Shown here: positions 37,938-47,433 of the stretch, piece by piece
How positions within the stretch are numbered: position 1 is the stretch's first letter
Layout of the letters: each line of letters starts with the position of its first letter
IMG/VR virus record: IMGVR_UViG_3300043772_003377
Span: 40,514 to 104,513 of that record
From: a virus
Strand: one strand, 5' to 3'
DNA: 64,000 bases
Position numbers and translations under genes: made by a program
Notes under the pieces: model-generated
Database searches by the model: none
The model's input: the letters and a program-made list of their open reading frames with translations, nothing else
Told to the model about the DNA's origin: nothing

Positions 37938-40900
37938 ATGGCAAATCGAAATTCAACGTTTTTATTAAAACGTTCAAATATTATTGATAAAGTCCCAAAT
38001 CTTACGGGACTCACAATTGGGGAATTGGCTCTAAACACGGCAGATTCAAAGTTATATACAATTTTTACATCAGGAACAACAGGTGCTACAGAAGTTAGAC
38101 AAATTGGTTGGGATAGAGTTAGTAGAACTGGTGATACAATCACAGGTGATTTATATGTAACAGGAAAAACAATAACAAATCAACTACAAGTAACGGGAGG
38201 AACATTAACTTCAGGTTATGTTTTAACTTCAGATGGTGTTGGAAACGCTACTTGGGTTTCTCCAACAATTGTTTCCGGTTATTATCTACCTCTGTCAGGT
38301 GGTACCGTAACAGGTGGAACTAGTTTTAATAGTGGTCTAACGGCAAATACAATTTATACGGATTATATTGATTTTAATACAAATCCAACCGTACCTTCTC
38401 CAACAGGAGGAACACTTTATTTTGATTCAAATGAAAACGCTTTATCATACAAACCATTAACAAATCAAAATGATGTTACGGTTAATTTAGGTCAAGAATC
38501 GTTAATTAAAATTTACAATAATTTAGGATATCAAATTAATAATGGTCAAGTTTTACATATAACAGGTGCAACTGGTGGGGTACCAACGGTTGCGTTAGCG
38601 AACGCTTCAAAATTGGGGACAACATTTACTGAAAGTATCGCTCAAACTTCGGGTGTTGCGACTCACGACATACCGACAGGGGAATTTGGTTTTATGACAA
38701 ACTTTGGTATTGTTAGGGATTTAAACACAACCGCGTTTACCGTAGGTCAAGAAGTTTTTTTGTCAGACACTATTGATGGTGCCTTAACCAATGACCCAAA
38801 TAATATTGCCTTCACATCAAGGATATCGACCGTTGGATATTGTATCGAATCTGACCCAACTAATGGAAAGATACTTGTTGTAATAACAAATGAAAATGCG
38901 TTACAAAGTTTAACTCAACAAGAAATAAATGTTTTATTAGGTAATACGATTTCAACCGGTGCGTATTTTTATACGGGAGCAACAACTGCGTCAACAACAA
39001 CAATAAATGTATCACCAGTTAGAGGGTGGATAGTTTATAACACAGGAAGTCAGTACGCGACAAATCCTTTAGTTCTTAATGTTTATTATAGTGGTGGTAC
39101 AAATTTACCAGTTACGGGTTTAACTAGTTCATCCGACACTTATTTATTAGTTAATAGTGGCGGTACTTTATATCAAACAAACACATTCCCATCACCAGAG
39201 GAGAGAAGATATAATATATTTTTAGGTAGGGTAGTTCATCCAAACAAAACAACAATACTAAATGTTGAACAATCTGTGGATTATGATGTTTCCCCATTAT
39301 CATCTCTTAGAGATTTATGGGTTCCGATTAAAATAATAAATGAAGGTGTGGTGCCAAGTCCTAATGGTGCTACTTTAACATTTAAAACTTCATCCGGTAC
39401 TTTTTGGGGTAATGGGATAGGTTTCCCAACAAATGAACTTAATCCAAATTCAATCACCGTACCCGCTTATATTCCGGCGTCTTTTTATTATACAACACAA
39501 ACAGGTGGAACTTTTACCGCAACCACGACAACCGTTGATTCTGAAAATTATGACGTTGGTGGTGTTATAACTAATATACCCGGAGCCGGAAATTACTCGA
39601 CTCAAAGAATTTATATGTCACAAAGTGGTGTGATTAGACTTCAGTATGGTCAAAATTATTATTCCACTTTAGCGAAAGCAATTGCAGCAATACCAAGTGA
39701 GACATTTATTGTTAATCCCGATAATTCATTGGATTGTACTTTAATTGGTTTATTGACCGTTAAAGATGGTACATCAGATTTGAGTAATGCTGATGACGCA
39801 ATTTTTACATTTGTGTCTAAGTTCGGTGAAATTTTAGGTGGTACCGGAGGGATTTCAACCACAACATTACAACAGGCTTATGATAATTCGATTAACCCCG
39901 AAATTGTTACAAATACCACTTTAGGTGGAGTTCAATTTAAAGGGGGTACTGGAAATAATACCGATAAAAATATTATCATTGAAAATAATAGTAGTGTTGA
40001 AACGGGTTATTGGAACGCCGACGGTTCATTGTTCGCTTCGACAATAACTGGGGGTACAACAACAATTAATGGTAATTTAACCGTAACGGGAAATACAAGT
40101 TTACAATCGTTAACTGCGGGGACTAGTACTATAAATGGTAATTTAACCGTAACGGGAAATACAAGTTTACAATCGTTAACTGCGGGGACTAGTACTATAA
40201 ATGGTAATTTAACCGTAACGGGAAATACAAGTTTACAAGGGTTGACCGCGACAACAATTTCGGCAACAACTTACCAAAATTTACCAACTGATATTAGAGT
40301 TACAGGAGCTAGTTATTCGAACAACACGTTCACATATACTAACAATACGGGAGGAACTTTTTCAGTATTATTCAATACCTTAACGGGTTTAACCGTGAAT
40401 GGTAATTTAACCGTAACGGGAAATACGAGTTTACAATCATTAACCGCAGGAACTAGTACCATAAATGGTAATCTATCGGTAACAGGTAATACGTCAATGA
40501 CGGGTACGTTAAGTGTTACGGGTAATACAAATATTAGGTCATTTACAGGAACGAGTGGTTATATATCGGGTAGTGGACAAAATATTTTAACCGTAATTGG
40601 TTCGGGTAATAGTACGACATCACCATTATTTACTGTACAAGGTTCATCGGGTGAATTGTTTAGTGTTACAGATTCATTAACGGGTTCTTTATTTAGTGTT
40701 AATGATATTTCGGGTTTACCAATATTAGAAGTCTTTTCTGATAATAGAATATTACAAGGAAGTTATTTAGCACCATCACTTAATACAACGGTCAGAACAT
40801 CATTAACCGCTGGAACTAATAGTGTTTACTCAATTCCGACAAGTGCTTATACGGGAGCATTTTTCGATTACACCTTAATAAGTACTGGTAGTACGGGTGC

Positions 40901-41087
40901 AAGAGCTGGAACGATTATGTCAATATGGAGTGGTTCAACCACACAATATACTGATGTTTCAACGAATGATATTGGAACAACAACTGGGGTCACATTCTCA
41001 GTCGCGGTCTCAGGTAGTAACGCAGTTCTAAGTAGTTCTGCAACAACAACGGGATGGACATTAAAAACAATTGTTAGGTCAATATGA
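37938..41087 (+). CDS. Long tail fibre protein
   Basis: Mtd_N-like FLLKRS..VP..L..GELALNTADSKLY; 22-aa repeats; C-terminal GAFFDYTL..RAGTIMSIW domain. Confidence 0.75.
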   Translation: MANRNSTFLLKRSNIIDKVPNLTGLTIGELALNTADSKLYTIFTSGTTGATEVRQIGWDRVSRTGDTITGDLYVTGKTITNQLQVTGGTLTSGYVLTSDGVGNATWVSPTIVSGYYLPLSGGTVTGGTSFNSGLTANTIYTDYIDFNTNPTVPSPTGGTLYFDSNENALSYKPLTNQNDVTVNLGQESLIKIYNNLGYQINNGQVLHITGATGGVPTVALANASKLGTTFTESIAQTSGVATHDIPTGEFGFMTNFGIVRDLNTTAFTVGQEVFLSDTIDGALTNDPNNIAFTSRISTVGYCIESDPTNGKILVVITNENALQSLTQQEINVLLGNTISTGAYFYTGATTASTTTINVSPVRGWIVYNTGSQYATNPLVLNVYYSGGTNLPVTGLTSSSDTYLLVNSGGTLYQTNTFPSPEERRYNIFLGRVVHPNKTTILNVEQSVDYDVSPLSSLRDLWVPIKIINEGVVPSPNGATLTFKTSSGTFWGNGIGFPTNELNPNSITVPAYIPASFYYTTQTGGTFTATTTTVDSENYDVGGVITNIPGAGNYSTQRIYMSQSGVIRLQYGQNYYSTLAKAIAAIPSETFIVNPDNSLDCTLIGLLTVKDGTSDLSNADDAIFTFVSKFGEILGGTGGISTTTLQQAYDNSINPEIVTNTTLGGVQFKGGTGNNTDKNIIIENNSSVETGYWNADGSLFASTITGGTTTINGNLTVTGNTSLQSLTAGTSTINGNLTVTGNTSLQSLTAGTSTINGNLTVTGNTSLQGLTATTISATTYQNLPTDIRVTGASYSNNTFTYTNNTGGTFSVLFNTLTGLTVNGNLTVTGNTSLQSLTAGTSTINGNLSVTGNTSMTGTLSVTGNTNIRSFTGTSGYISGSGQNILTVIGSGNSTTSPLFTVQGSSGELFSVTDSLTGSLFSVNDISGLPILEVFSDNRILQGSYLAPSLNTTVRTSLTAGTNSVYSIPTSAYTGAFFDYTLISTGSTGARAGTIMSIWSGSTTQYTDVSTNDIGTTTGVTFSVAVSGSNAVLSSSATTTGWTLKTIVRSI
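40068..40238 (+). repeat. Perfect 66-bp tandem repeat (about 2.6 copies; diverged copy near 40398-40472)
   Basis: Units start at 40068, 40134 and 40200 and encode NGNLTVTGNTSLQSLTAGTSTI. Confidence 0.9.
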
Positions 41088-41770
41088 GTTATAATTTTTC
41101 CCCTAAAATAGTTACCGATGGTCTTGTCTTTTATTTGGATGCTGCGAATACCAAATCATATATTGGTTCAGGTACAACTTGGACAGATTTAAGTAGAGGT
41201 GATAATAGTGGGATTTTAAATGGGGCGGTCTTTAATAGTTTAAATGGTGGTAGTATATCTTTTGATGGTGTTGATGATAATGTAAATTGTGGAAATAATT
41301 CCGCGTTGGACGTTGGAAACAATATTACGGTAAATGCTTGGATTTTTTTACCTAGTGCGGGAGCAATTACAGGTTATAGACCAATAGTGTCCAAAGTTGT
41401 TAGTGGAGCGACATTGGGTTGGGAGATGGGAAATAGTGCGGGAACTCTTAGGTGTGTATTCAGACCAACATCAAGTATTATAGACCTTTCAGGACCAACA
41501 TTATCTATAGGTGTTTGGCAGATGTGTACATTTACTTATAATAATGTAACCGCTAGATTATATTTAAACGGGGTTTTAGGGGCGTCGACATCAAGTGGAG
41601 GTCCTGTAACATTAAACTCAACACAACCACTTCAGGTTGCGACAAGAGGTATTGGCGGTAGTACATTTTTTGGTAGAATATCGATGGTTTCAGTATATAA
41701 TCGAGCTTTATCTACTACAGAAATATTACAAAACTACAACGCGAATAAATCAAGATTTGGATTAAGTTAA
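41084..41770 (+). CDS. LamG/concanavalin A-like domain protein 1
   Basis: DGLVFYLDAAN..SY..WTDLS; FDGVDD; LYLNG; VYNRALS..EILQNYNA. Confidence 0.85.
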   Translation: MSYNFSPKIVTDGLVFYLDAANTKSYIGSGTTWTDLSRGDNSGILNGAVFNSLNGGSISFDGVDDNVNCGNNSALDVGNNITVNAWIFLPSAGAITGYRPIVSKVVSGATLGWEMGNSAGTLRCVFRPTSSIIDLSGPTLSIGVWQMCTFTYNNVTARLYLNGVLGASTSSGGPVTLNSTQPLQVATRGIGGSTFFGRISMVSVYNRALSTTEILQNYNANKSRFGLS

Positions 41771-41771
41771 A

Positions 41772-42467
41772 ATGGCGGGAAGAATATCATATTTAGGTGG
41801 AATCGTAAAGGATGGTCTAGTATTAGATTTAGATGCGGGTAAAATAGATTCTTATCCAAGAACAGGAACTTTATGGAGAGATTTAAGTGGTAATAACAAT
41901 AATGGTACTTTAACAAACTTTGGTTCTCAAACTATATGGAATGGTGATAATGGGGGAAGTATTATTTTTGATGGTAGTAATGATATCGTTTCGGTAAATA
42001 ATGTCGTACCAACTGGGGATAGTTCTAAAAGTGTCTTTATGATTTTTAAATCAACAACTACGATATCAACAAGACAATGGTTATTTTATTCTGGTACCGA
42101 AACTGTTGGTGGTAGATTTGCGTTAGAAATAGAAAATAGTAGGTTTACCTTTAATTATTATAGCGCGGCACTACAACCAACAACACTTATCAGTAATACT
42201 TGGTACTACGGAGGTGTAACATATAACTCAACAACAAAACAATTATTAATATATTTAAATGGTGTATTACAAAGTACTACAACTTTTCCGGTAGCATCAA
42301 TTAGTTTAAACACAGGTAATGGTGCTACAAACTACGTTGGGAATATTTTTAACGCCAGTTTCCCTTTAAACGGGAACATTGCCGTAACACAAGTGTATAA
42401 TAAAGTGTTATCACAATCAGAAGTAACACAAAACTACAACGCATTAAAAGGAAGATATAATTTATAA
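41772..42467 (+). CDS. LamG/concanavalin A-like domain protein 2
   Basis: Same motifs as paralogue 1. Confidence 0.85.
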   Translation: MAGRISYLGGIVKDGLVLDLDAGKIDSYPRTGTLWRDLSGNNNNGTLTNFGSQTIWNGDNGGSIIFDGSNDIVSVNNVVPTGDSSKSVFMIFKSTTTISTRQWLFYSGTETVGGRFALEIENSRFTFNYYSAALQPTTLISNTWYYGGVTYNSTTKQLLIYLNGVLQSTTTFPVASISLNTGNGATNYVGNIFNASFPLNGNIAVTQVYNKVLSQSEVTQNYNALKGRYNL

Positions 42468-42470
42468 AAT

Positions 42471-42740
42471 ATGGAAACACAATTATACGAAAACAGAAAA
42501 TTTATGATATTTGATGTTAGTGAACTACCAAATATTGATTTCACTCAAGTATGTGAAACTTCAATTGATACGGTTAGAAAATCGGTTGACGGAACAAAAA
42601 CATTTGTTAAATGGGATACTGAAGGAATTCCTTCATCAGTAGATAGTTTAACAACTAAAGAAGGTCCATACAACTATGAAGAGATATTAACAATATTATC
42701 AACCCCAGAATGGACTAATCCAAATCCAATGACAATATGA
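42471..42740 (+). CDS. Small acidic protein accompanying the LamG genes
   Basis: 89 aa; IDFTQVCETS..VRKSVDGTKTFVKW. Confidence 0.7.
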   Translation: METQLYENRKFMIFDVSELPNIDFTQVCETSIDTVRKSVDGTKTFVKWDTEGIPSSVDSLTTKEGPYNYEEILTILSTPEWTNPNPMTI

Positions 42741-43483
42741 GTACGGTAAATGGTAATTATTATGGTGGAATTGTAAAAGATGGTTTGGTGTTATTGTTGG
42801 ATGCCGCCAAGAGAGATTCTTATCCTAGAGTCGGTACTACCTGGACTGATATTACTTGGAATGGAAATAATGGTACTTTAACAAACTTTGGTTCTCAAAC
42901 GATATGGAATGGTGATAATGGAGGTAGTATTATTTTTGACGGAACTAATGATTATCTTATAAACACTTCACTTCCAACATTTAATGTTGGTTCTATTAAT
43001 ATATGGTTTAAACCAACCACCACAATAAATGCTAGTTCTCCCGTTTCAACATTAATACAATTAAGGTACGGGACATCGATAGGAAGTGGATGGTATATAC
43101 AATTTGGACCTGCAACTTCATTATTAACCAACGAATATTTAACAATAATCGACTTAGTATCCGGTCGTAGACAAGGGTTAACCACAGTAGGCGGTTCTTT
43201 TTTAGCGAATACTTGGTATAACTTGGTTTTCAATTATGAAAGTACTCAATATCAAATATATGTGAATAGTGTTTTAAACACATCCACATCGTCACCTAGT
43301 GGTGTTGGTTTATTGACCAACCCAAATAGATTATTGATAGGAGCGGGTAGTGGTGAGGGTATAGTAAACCCATTTGACTTTCTTAACGGAAACGTCTCAA
43401 TCGTACAGATTTATAATAGAACTCTTTCCACATCTGAAATAACTCAAAACTATAACGCTCAAAAAGGTCGTTTTGGTTTATAA
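42737..43483 (+). CDS. LamG/concanavalin A-like domain protein 3
   Basis: Same motifs; shares NNGTLTNFGSQTIWNGDNGGSIIFDG with paralogue 2. Confidence 0.85.
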   Translation: MSTVNGNYYGGIVKDGLVLLLDAAKRDSYPRVGTTWTDITWNGNNGTLTNFGSQTIWNGDNGGSIIFDGTNDYLINTSLPTFNVGSINIWFKPTTTINASSPVSTLIQLRYGTSIGSGWYIQFGPATSLLTNEYLTIIDLVSGRRQGLTTVGGSFLANTWYNLVFNYESTQYQIYVNSVLNTSTSSPSGVGLLTNPNRLLIGAGSGEGIVNPFDFLNGNVSIVQIYNRTLSTSEITQNYNAQKGRFGL

Positions 43484-43518
43484 CATTTCACAAATTCAAC
43501 ATATTTATAATAAAATAA

Positions 43519-43542
43519 AATTACTGGATAGGGAAAGTAATT
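43519..43542 (+). promoter_or_regulatory. Leader hairpin abutting the start codon
   Basis: AATTACT-ggatagggaa-AGTAATT directly before ATG 43543 and downstream of TATTTATA at 43502-43509. Confidence 0.5.
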
Positions 43543-43782
43543 ATGCCAAACGAATTTGTAATTAAAAACGGCTACATTAGCCAAGGAAACTCAACGGTCA
43601 ACGCGATATTATCGGCAAATACCGTTTACGTATCATCCACACCAACAAGTGGAATAACATCAACACAAATTTTAATGAGAAATTCATCAACAGGTCTTGT
43701 TGAGATAACGGATAATACTTCTCCTTCCATATTTAATTATGGTTTGTCATACGCGATGGCAAACTTTAATTTTACAACATAA
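43543..43782 (+). CDS. Short fibre-like adaptor protein
   Basis: 79 aa; starts MPNEFVIKNG. Confidence 0.65.
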   Translation: MPNEFVIKNGYISQGNSTVNAILSANTVYVSSTPTSGITSTQILMRNSSTGLVEITDNTSPSIFNYGLSYAMANFNFTT

Positions 43783-43804
43783 TAAAAAATAAAAATTATT
43801 TACT

Positions 43805-44230
43805 ATGCCAGCAAACGTACAACCAATCTATACGAGATTACCTGATGTACAATGGACGGTTTCAGCTATGACTACCGCCAACACAACTAAAGATTTAACG
43901 GGAGGTACAATATACTTAGCGTTTACCGCTGATTCAACTAACGGAAGTTATGTTCAAAGGATAAGATTTAGGCCGTTAGGTACAAACTCAAACGCCACGG
44001 TTGCCAGGGTTTGGATTAATAATGGTTCAGCAACAACTACTGCGTCAAATAATACTTTATTTGACGAGATAACTTTACCAACTATTACCAACATAGAGAC
44101 TGCTGCCCAGTCAAATTATGAATTACCGTTAAATTTTGGTTTAAATCCAGGATATAGGATATACGTAACCGTTGGTACCGCTCCAACATCGGCGGGTTGG
44201 AACGCGACGGTAATTGGTGGTGATTATTAA
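43805..44230 (+). CDS. Putative structural beta-sandwich protein
   Basis: 141 aa; MPANVQPIY...IGGDY. Confidence 0.7.
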   Translation: MPANVQPIYTRLPDVQWTVSAMTTANTTKDLTGGTIYLAFTADSTNGSYVQRIRFRPLGTNSNATVARVWINNGSATTTASNNTLFDEITLPTITNIETAAQSNYELPLNFGLNPGYRIYVTVGTAPTSAGWNATVIGGDY

Positions 44231-44243
44231 AAAAAATTACATT

Positions 44244-44426
44244 ATGATATATAGTTTATGTGAATTTGAATACGGATACGAAGGTCGTTTCTATCAAGAA
44301 AGTGATTATAACGGATTGGTTAGATTTATTGATTTAAGTGGAAATACTTTAGAGTTAATCCCACCATATGGTTATTATGTGATTGAGGATAATTTACCAG
44401 AACCGAACTGGGTTAACAATGGTTGA
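44244..44426 (+). CDS. Small hypothetical protein (start revised to ATG 44244)
   Basis: 60-aa acidic/aromatic ORF between structural genes. Confidence 0.55.
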   Translation: MIYSLCEFEYGYEGRFYQESDYNGLVRFIDLSGNTLELIPPYGYYVIEDNLPEPNWVNNG

Positions 44427-45354
44427 TTATTTTAACATACCACAAATAACCAATTGTCAAACTTTTTTTGCTGCTGGGTCAACATCTTGGCAGACTTGGC
44501 AAAAACCAAAAAACACCAAATTTGTTTATATAACCGCAATTGGTGGTGGTGCTGGTGGTGGAGGTGGTGCAAATACATCTGGAAATGGTGGAGGTGGAGG
44601 AGGTGGTGGTTCATCATCAATTACAAACATACTAATCCCATCAATATTAATTCCTGACACATTATATATTCAAGTTGGGTCAGGTGGTAACGGTGGAACT
44701 TCCGGAGGAAATGGTTCATCGGGACAATTATCCTATGTTTCAATTTTACCTAGTACAGGTGCTACCAATGTTATTATATCATCAGGAACAATTGCCCCTT
44801 CGGGTGGTAATTTAGGTAACCTGTCTGTTGGTGGTACCGGAGGTAGTGGTGGAACCGTATTTACAAGTTCTGTCGGTTTTTTGTCATCGTTAGGAAGATG
44901 GTCATCAACATCGGGAGATACGGGGGCAAATGGTGCTTTTGGATTTGTCGGTGGTGGTACTAAAACCGCATTAACCTCGTTAGTTTTAACTGGTGGTGGA
45001 GGTGGTGGAGGTAAAAGTAACACTAATGGTGGTGCTGGTGGTTCTATTTTAGCAGGTGGAGTTTTAGGTAGAGTCGCTGGTGGAATCGGAGGGACAACGG
45101 GTCAAAATGGAGGTAAAGGTATTATAACTATAAACCCTATTTTATTAACCTATTCTTCGACAGAATTTCCGTTTGCAACTACAGGTGGGTCTGGTGGTGG
45201 AGGAAGAGCTGGTGCTCCCCCAGATGAACCCACATCAAATGGAGGTGATGGTGAAATTGGTAGTGGTGGTGGTGGAGGAGGTTCTTCAAACAGTGGTTCA
45301 GGAAGATTAGGTGGTAGAGGTGGTAACGGAATTGTATTTATAACAACATTTTAA
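44419..45354 (+). CDS. Glycine-rich (polyglycine) adhesin-like protein 1
   Basis: WQTWQKP..VYITAIGGGAGGGGG; many Gly runs; ends GGNGIVFITTF; start revised to ATG 44419. Confidence 0.8.
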   Translation: MVDYFNIPQITNCQTFFAAGSTSWQTWQKPKNTKFVYITAIGGGAGGGGGANTSGNGGGGGGGGSSSITNILIPSILIPDTLYIQVGSGGNGGTSGGNGSSGQLSYVSILPSTGATNVIISSGTIAPSGGNLGNLSVGGTGGSGGTVFTSSVGFLSSLGRWSSTSGDTGANGAFGFVGGGTKTALTSLVLTGGGGGGGKSNTNGGAGGSILAGGVLGRVAGGIGGTTGQNGGKGIITINPILLTYSSTEFPFATTGGSGGGGRAGAPPDEPTSNGGDGEIGSGGGGGGSSNSGSGRLGGRGGNGIVFITTF

Positions 45355-45363
45355 ATTTAACAT

Positions 45364-46317
45364 ATGATAGATATTTTTAACATACCAAACATAACAAATA
45401 CCCAAGTTTTTTACACTCAAGGTTCTGGTATTTGGCAGACTTGGCAAAAACCAAGAAATTGTAAATTCACCTATATTTTTGTATTAGGTGGTGGCGGTGG
45501 TGGAGGTGGAGGAAGAGGTTCTGCCTCTAACGCGGCAATTGGTGGGGGAGGAGGAGCGTCATCTTCATTAACTACGGGAATTTTTCAAACAAACTTATTA
45601 CCCGACACATTATATATCCAAGTCGGTCCTGGTGGTTCTGCGGGTACCGCTGGTTCGGCAACGAATGGTGGTGTTGGAGGTAGTGGTAATTTATCATATG
45701 TTTCAATATTATCAAGTACATCCGCTGCGAATGTTTTATTATCAAGTGGTACTGCAGTACCAACAGGTGGTGGTGGAGGTCTAACAGGTCCTGGTACATC
45801 GAGCGGGGGAACTGTGGGAACAATATTCACAAATTCGGTAGGTATTTTATCATCATTAGGTATGTTTACATCTATTGCCGGTCAAAGTGGTGTTTTAGGT
45901 CAAAATACACAACAGGGTGATAGTATAACAATTGCCGGAGTAACTTCAGGAGGTGCTGGTGGTGGTGGAGCTACAAGTTCATTATCTTCGTTTTCAGGTG
46001 GTTCAATAACAACATCCGGTTTTATACCACAATTAAATGGTGGCGCATTAGGTTTTGTCACAAGTGGTGGAACTGGTAATTCGGGGTTTATTGGTTTAAA
46101 CCCCTCTTCTTTATCAACATCAAGATTGCCTTTCTTAACCACGGGAGGTGCTGGTGGTGGAGGGTCAACAAATAACGCGTCAGGAACTTTTAATGGTGGT
46201 ATTGGGGGTAATGGTGGTTTTGGGTCTGGTGGTGGAGGTGGTGGAGGAGCTTATAATGGAGCTGGTGGTGTTGGTGGAAGAGGTGGTGACGGTTTAGTGA
46301 TAATTACTTGTTGGTAA
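45364..46317 (+). CDS. Glycine-rich adhesin-like protein 2
   Basis: Paralogue of the previous gene (WQTWQKP, PDTLYIQVG, GGRGGDGLVII). Confidence 0.8.
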   Translation: MIDIFNIPNITNTQVFYTQGSGIWQTWQKPRNCKFTYIFVLGGGGGGGGGRGSASNAAIGGGGGASSSLTTGIFQTNLLPDTLYIQVGPGGSAGTAGSATNGGVGGSGNLSYVSILSSTSAANVLLSSGTAVPTGGGGGLTGPGTSSGGTVGTIFTNSVGILSSLGMFTSIAGQSGVLGQNTQQGDSITIAGVTSGGAGGGGATSSLSSFSGGSITTSGFIPQLNGGALGFVTSGGTGNSGFIGLNPSSLSTSRLPFLTTGGAGGGGSTNNASGTFNGGIGGNGGFGSGGGGGGGAYNGAGGVGGRGGDGLVIITCW

Positions 46318-46330
46318 TATATTTATAGTT

Positions 46331-47092
46331 ATGCAAATTATTGAAATAACAAATGCGGTAGGGTCAGGAACGTATGATATTTATTTGTGTGATATAACAT
46401 TAACTTATTGTTTTTTAATATCAGGGTCAACATCAATCCCGCCAACCGTATCTTTTGAGTTACCATCATCTTTACCAAATCCTAATTCTCCTCCTACGAC
46501 AATATCTTTTGATGGGGCGACTTCAGTAATAGTTAAATTGGTCGATTCCGTAACAGGGTGTGAAAAATTTATAGTCCGAAATTGCGGTGACACCCAACCA
46601 TGCTCCTGTTCGTACTCTATGTTGGATAGTGTTGGATATATTGAGGATGTTGTTAATGGATTTGAGTCGGTATCGGCTTTAACATATACATTAACCGGAA
46701 TAACAATCAATTCAAATCCGATAATCCCACTAACATATTCTTCGGAAACTATTAACATCTCAACGGTAAATTGGGTACCGGCAACAACCTTAGACGGTAC
46801 GGTTTATACCAATGTGTATGATTTTGTAAGTAGTATAATTTCAACATATAATTTAACAGGATATTCATCTTCATTGATAACGACTCCAAATTTTATTGGT
46901 TTAGATAGAACCGCGATATCAATAACCTACCCTTGTGGGGATACATTTATTTTTAATATTGTTATTTATGGTAGTCAGGTAGGGACTTCAAATCAATTAT
47001 ATATGGGTGAATATAACTATACTAACAATGGTTATTCATTTTTAACACCAAATATGTATTCAGTCTATCAAGATAGCGAGTGTTTGAGTTAA
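46331..47092 (+). CDS. Putative structural protein
   Basis: Ser/Thr-rich beta-type sequence; late motif at 46320-46327. Confidence 0.6.
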   Translation: MQIIEITNAVGSGTYDIYLCDITLTYCFLISGSTSIPPTVSFELPSSLPNPNSPPTTISFDGATSVIVKLVDSVTGCEKFIVRNCGDTQPCSCSYSMLDSVGYIEDVVNGFESVSALTYTLTGITINSNPIIPLTYSSETINISTVNWVPATTLDGTVYTNVYDFVSSIISTYNLTGYSSSLITTPNFIGLDRTAISITYPCGDTFIFNIVIYGSQVGTSNQLYMGEYNYTNNGYSFLTPNMYSVYQDSECLS

Positions 47093-47388
47093 TAACATAT
47101 AAAAATGGTGTTAGACCTAACAGAGGTAAATTAAATGATTTTTACGATTTACCGATAGAAAAACAAAATATTTTTAAAGAAATTAAAAATAAAGTTAATA
47201 ACGAATTTGGTAATCATATTGATTTATATGTTTTTGGTAGTTACTTAAAGGGTGTCTGGAACGAATCCTCAGATTTTGATGTTGTAACAAGTGAACCAAA
47301 TTTTAAAATAAGAGAATTAAAATTTAAAAACATAAAAGTTGATTTTATTTATTTTAATAATTTTGATGGAATGGTAAAAATCCCTTAA
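47080..47388 (+). CDS. Minimal nucleotidyltransferase (Pol-beta superfamily)
   Basis: LYVFGSYLKGVWNESSDFDVV matches GS-x10-DxD, with later KVD; GTG start uncertain. Confidence 0.75.
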   Translation: MFELITYKNGVRPNRGKLNDFYDLPIEKQNIFKEIKNKVNNEFGNHIDLYVFGSYLKGVWNESSDFDVVTSEPNFKIRELKFKNIKVDFIYFNNFDGMVKIP

Positions 47389-47433
47389 TACTTTATTTGT
47401 AAAGTTTATTTTTTAATTTTAAAATAAAAAAAT

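Noticed and set aside
41772-43483. Diversity-generating retroelement acting on LamG or Mtd_N-like fibres
   Set aside because: Differences in the shared patch are not adenine-specific, both copies are coding, and no reverse transcriptase is in the window; one elsewhere cannot be excluded
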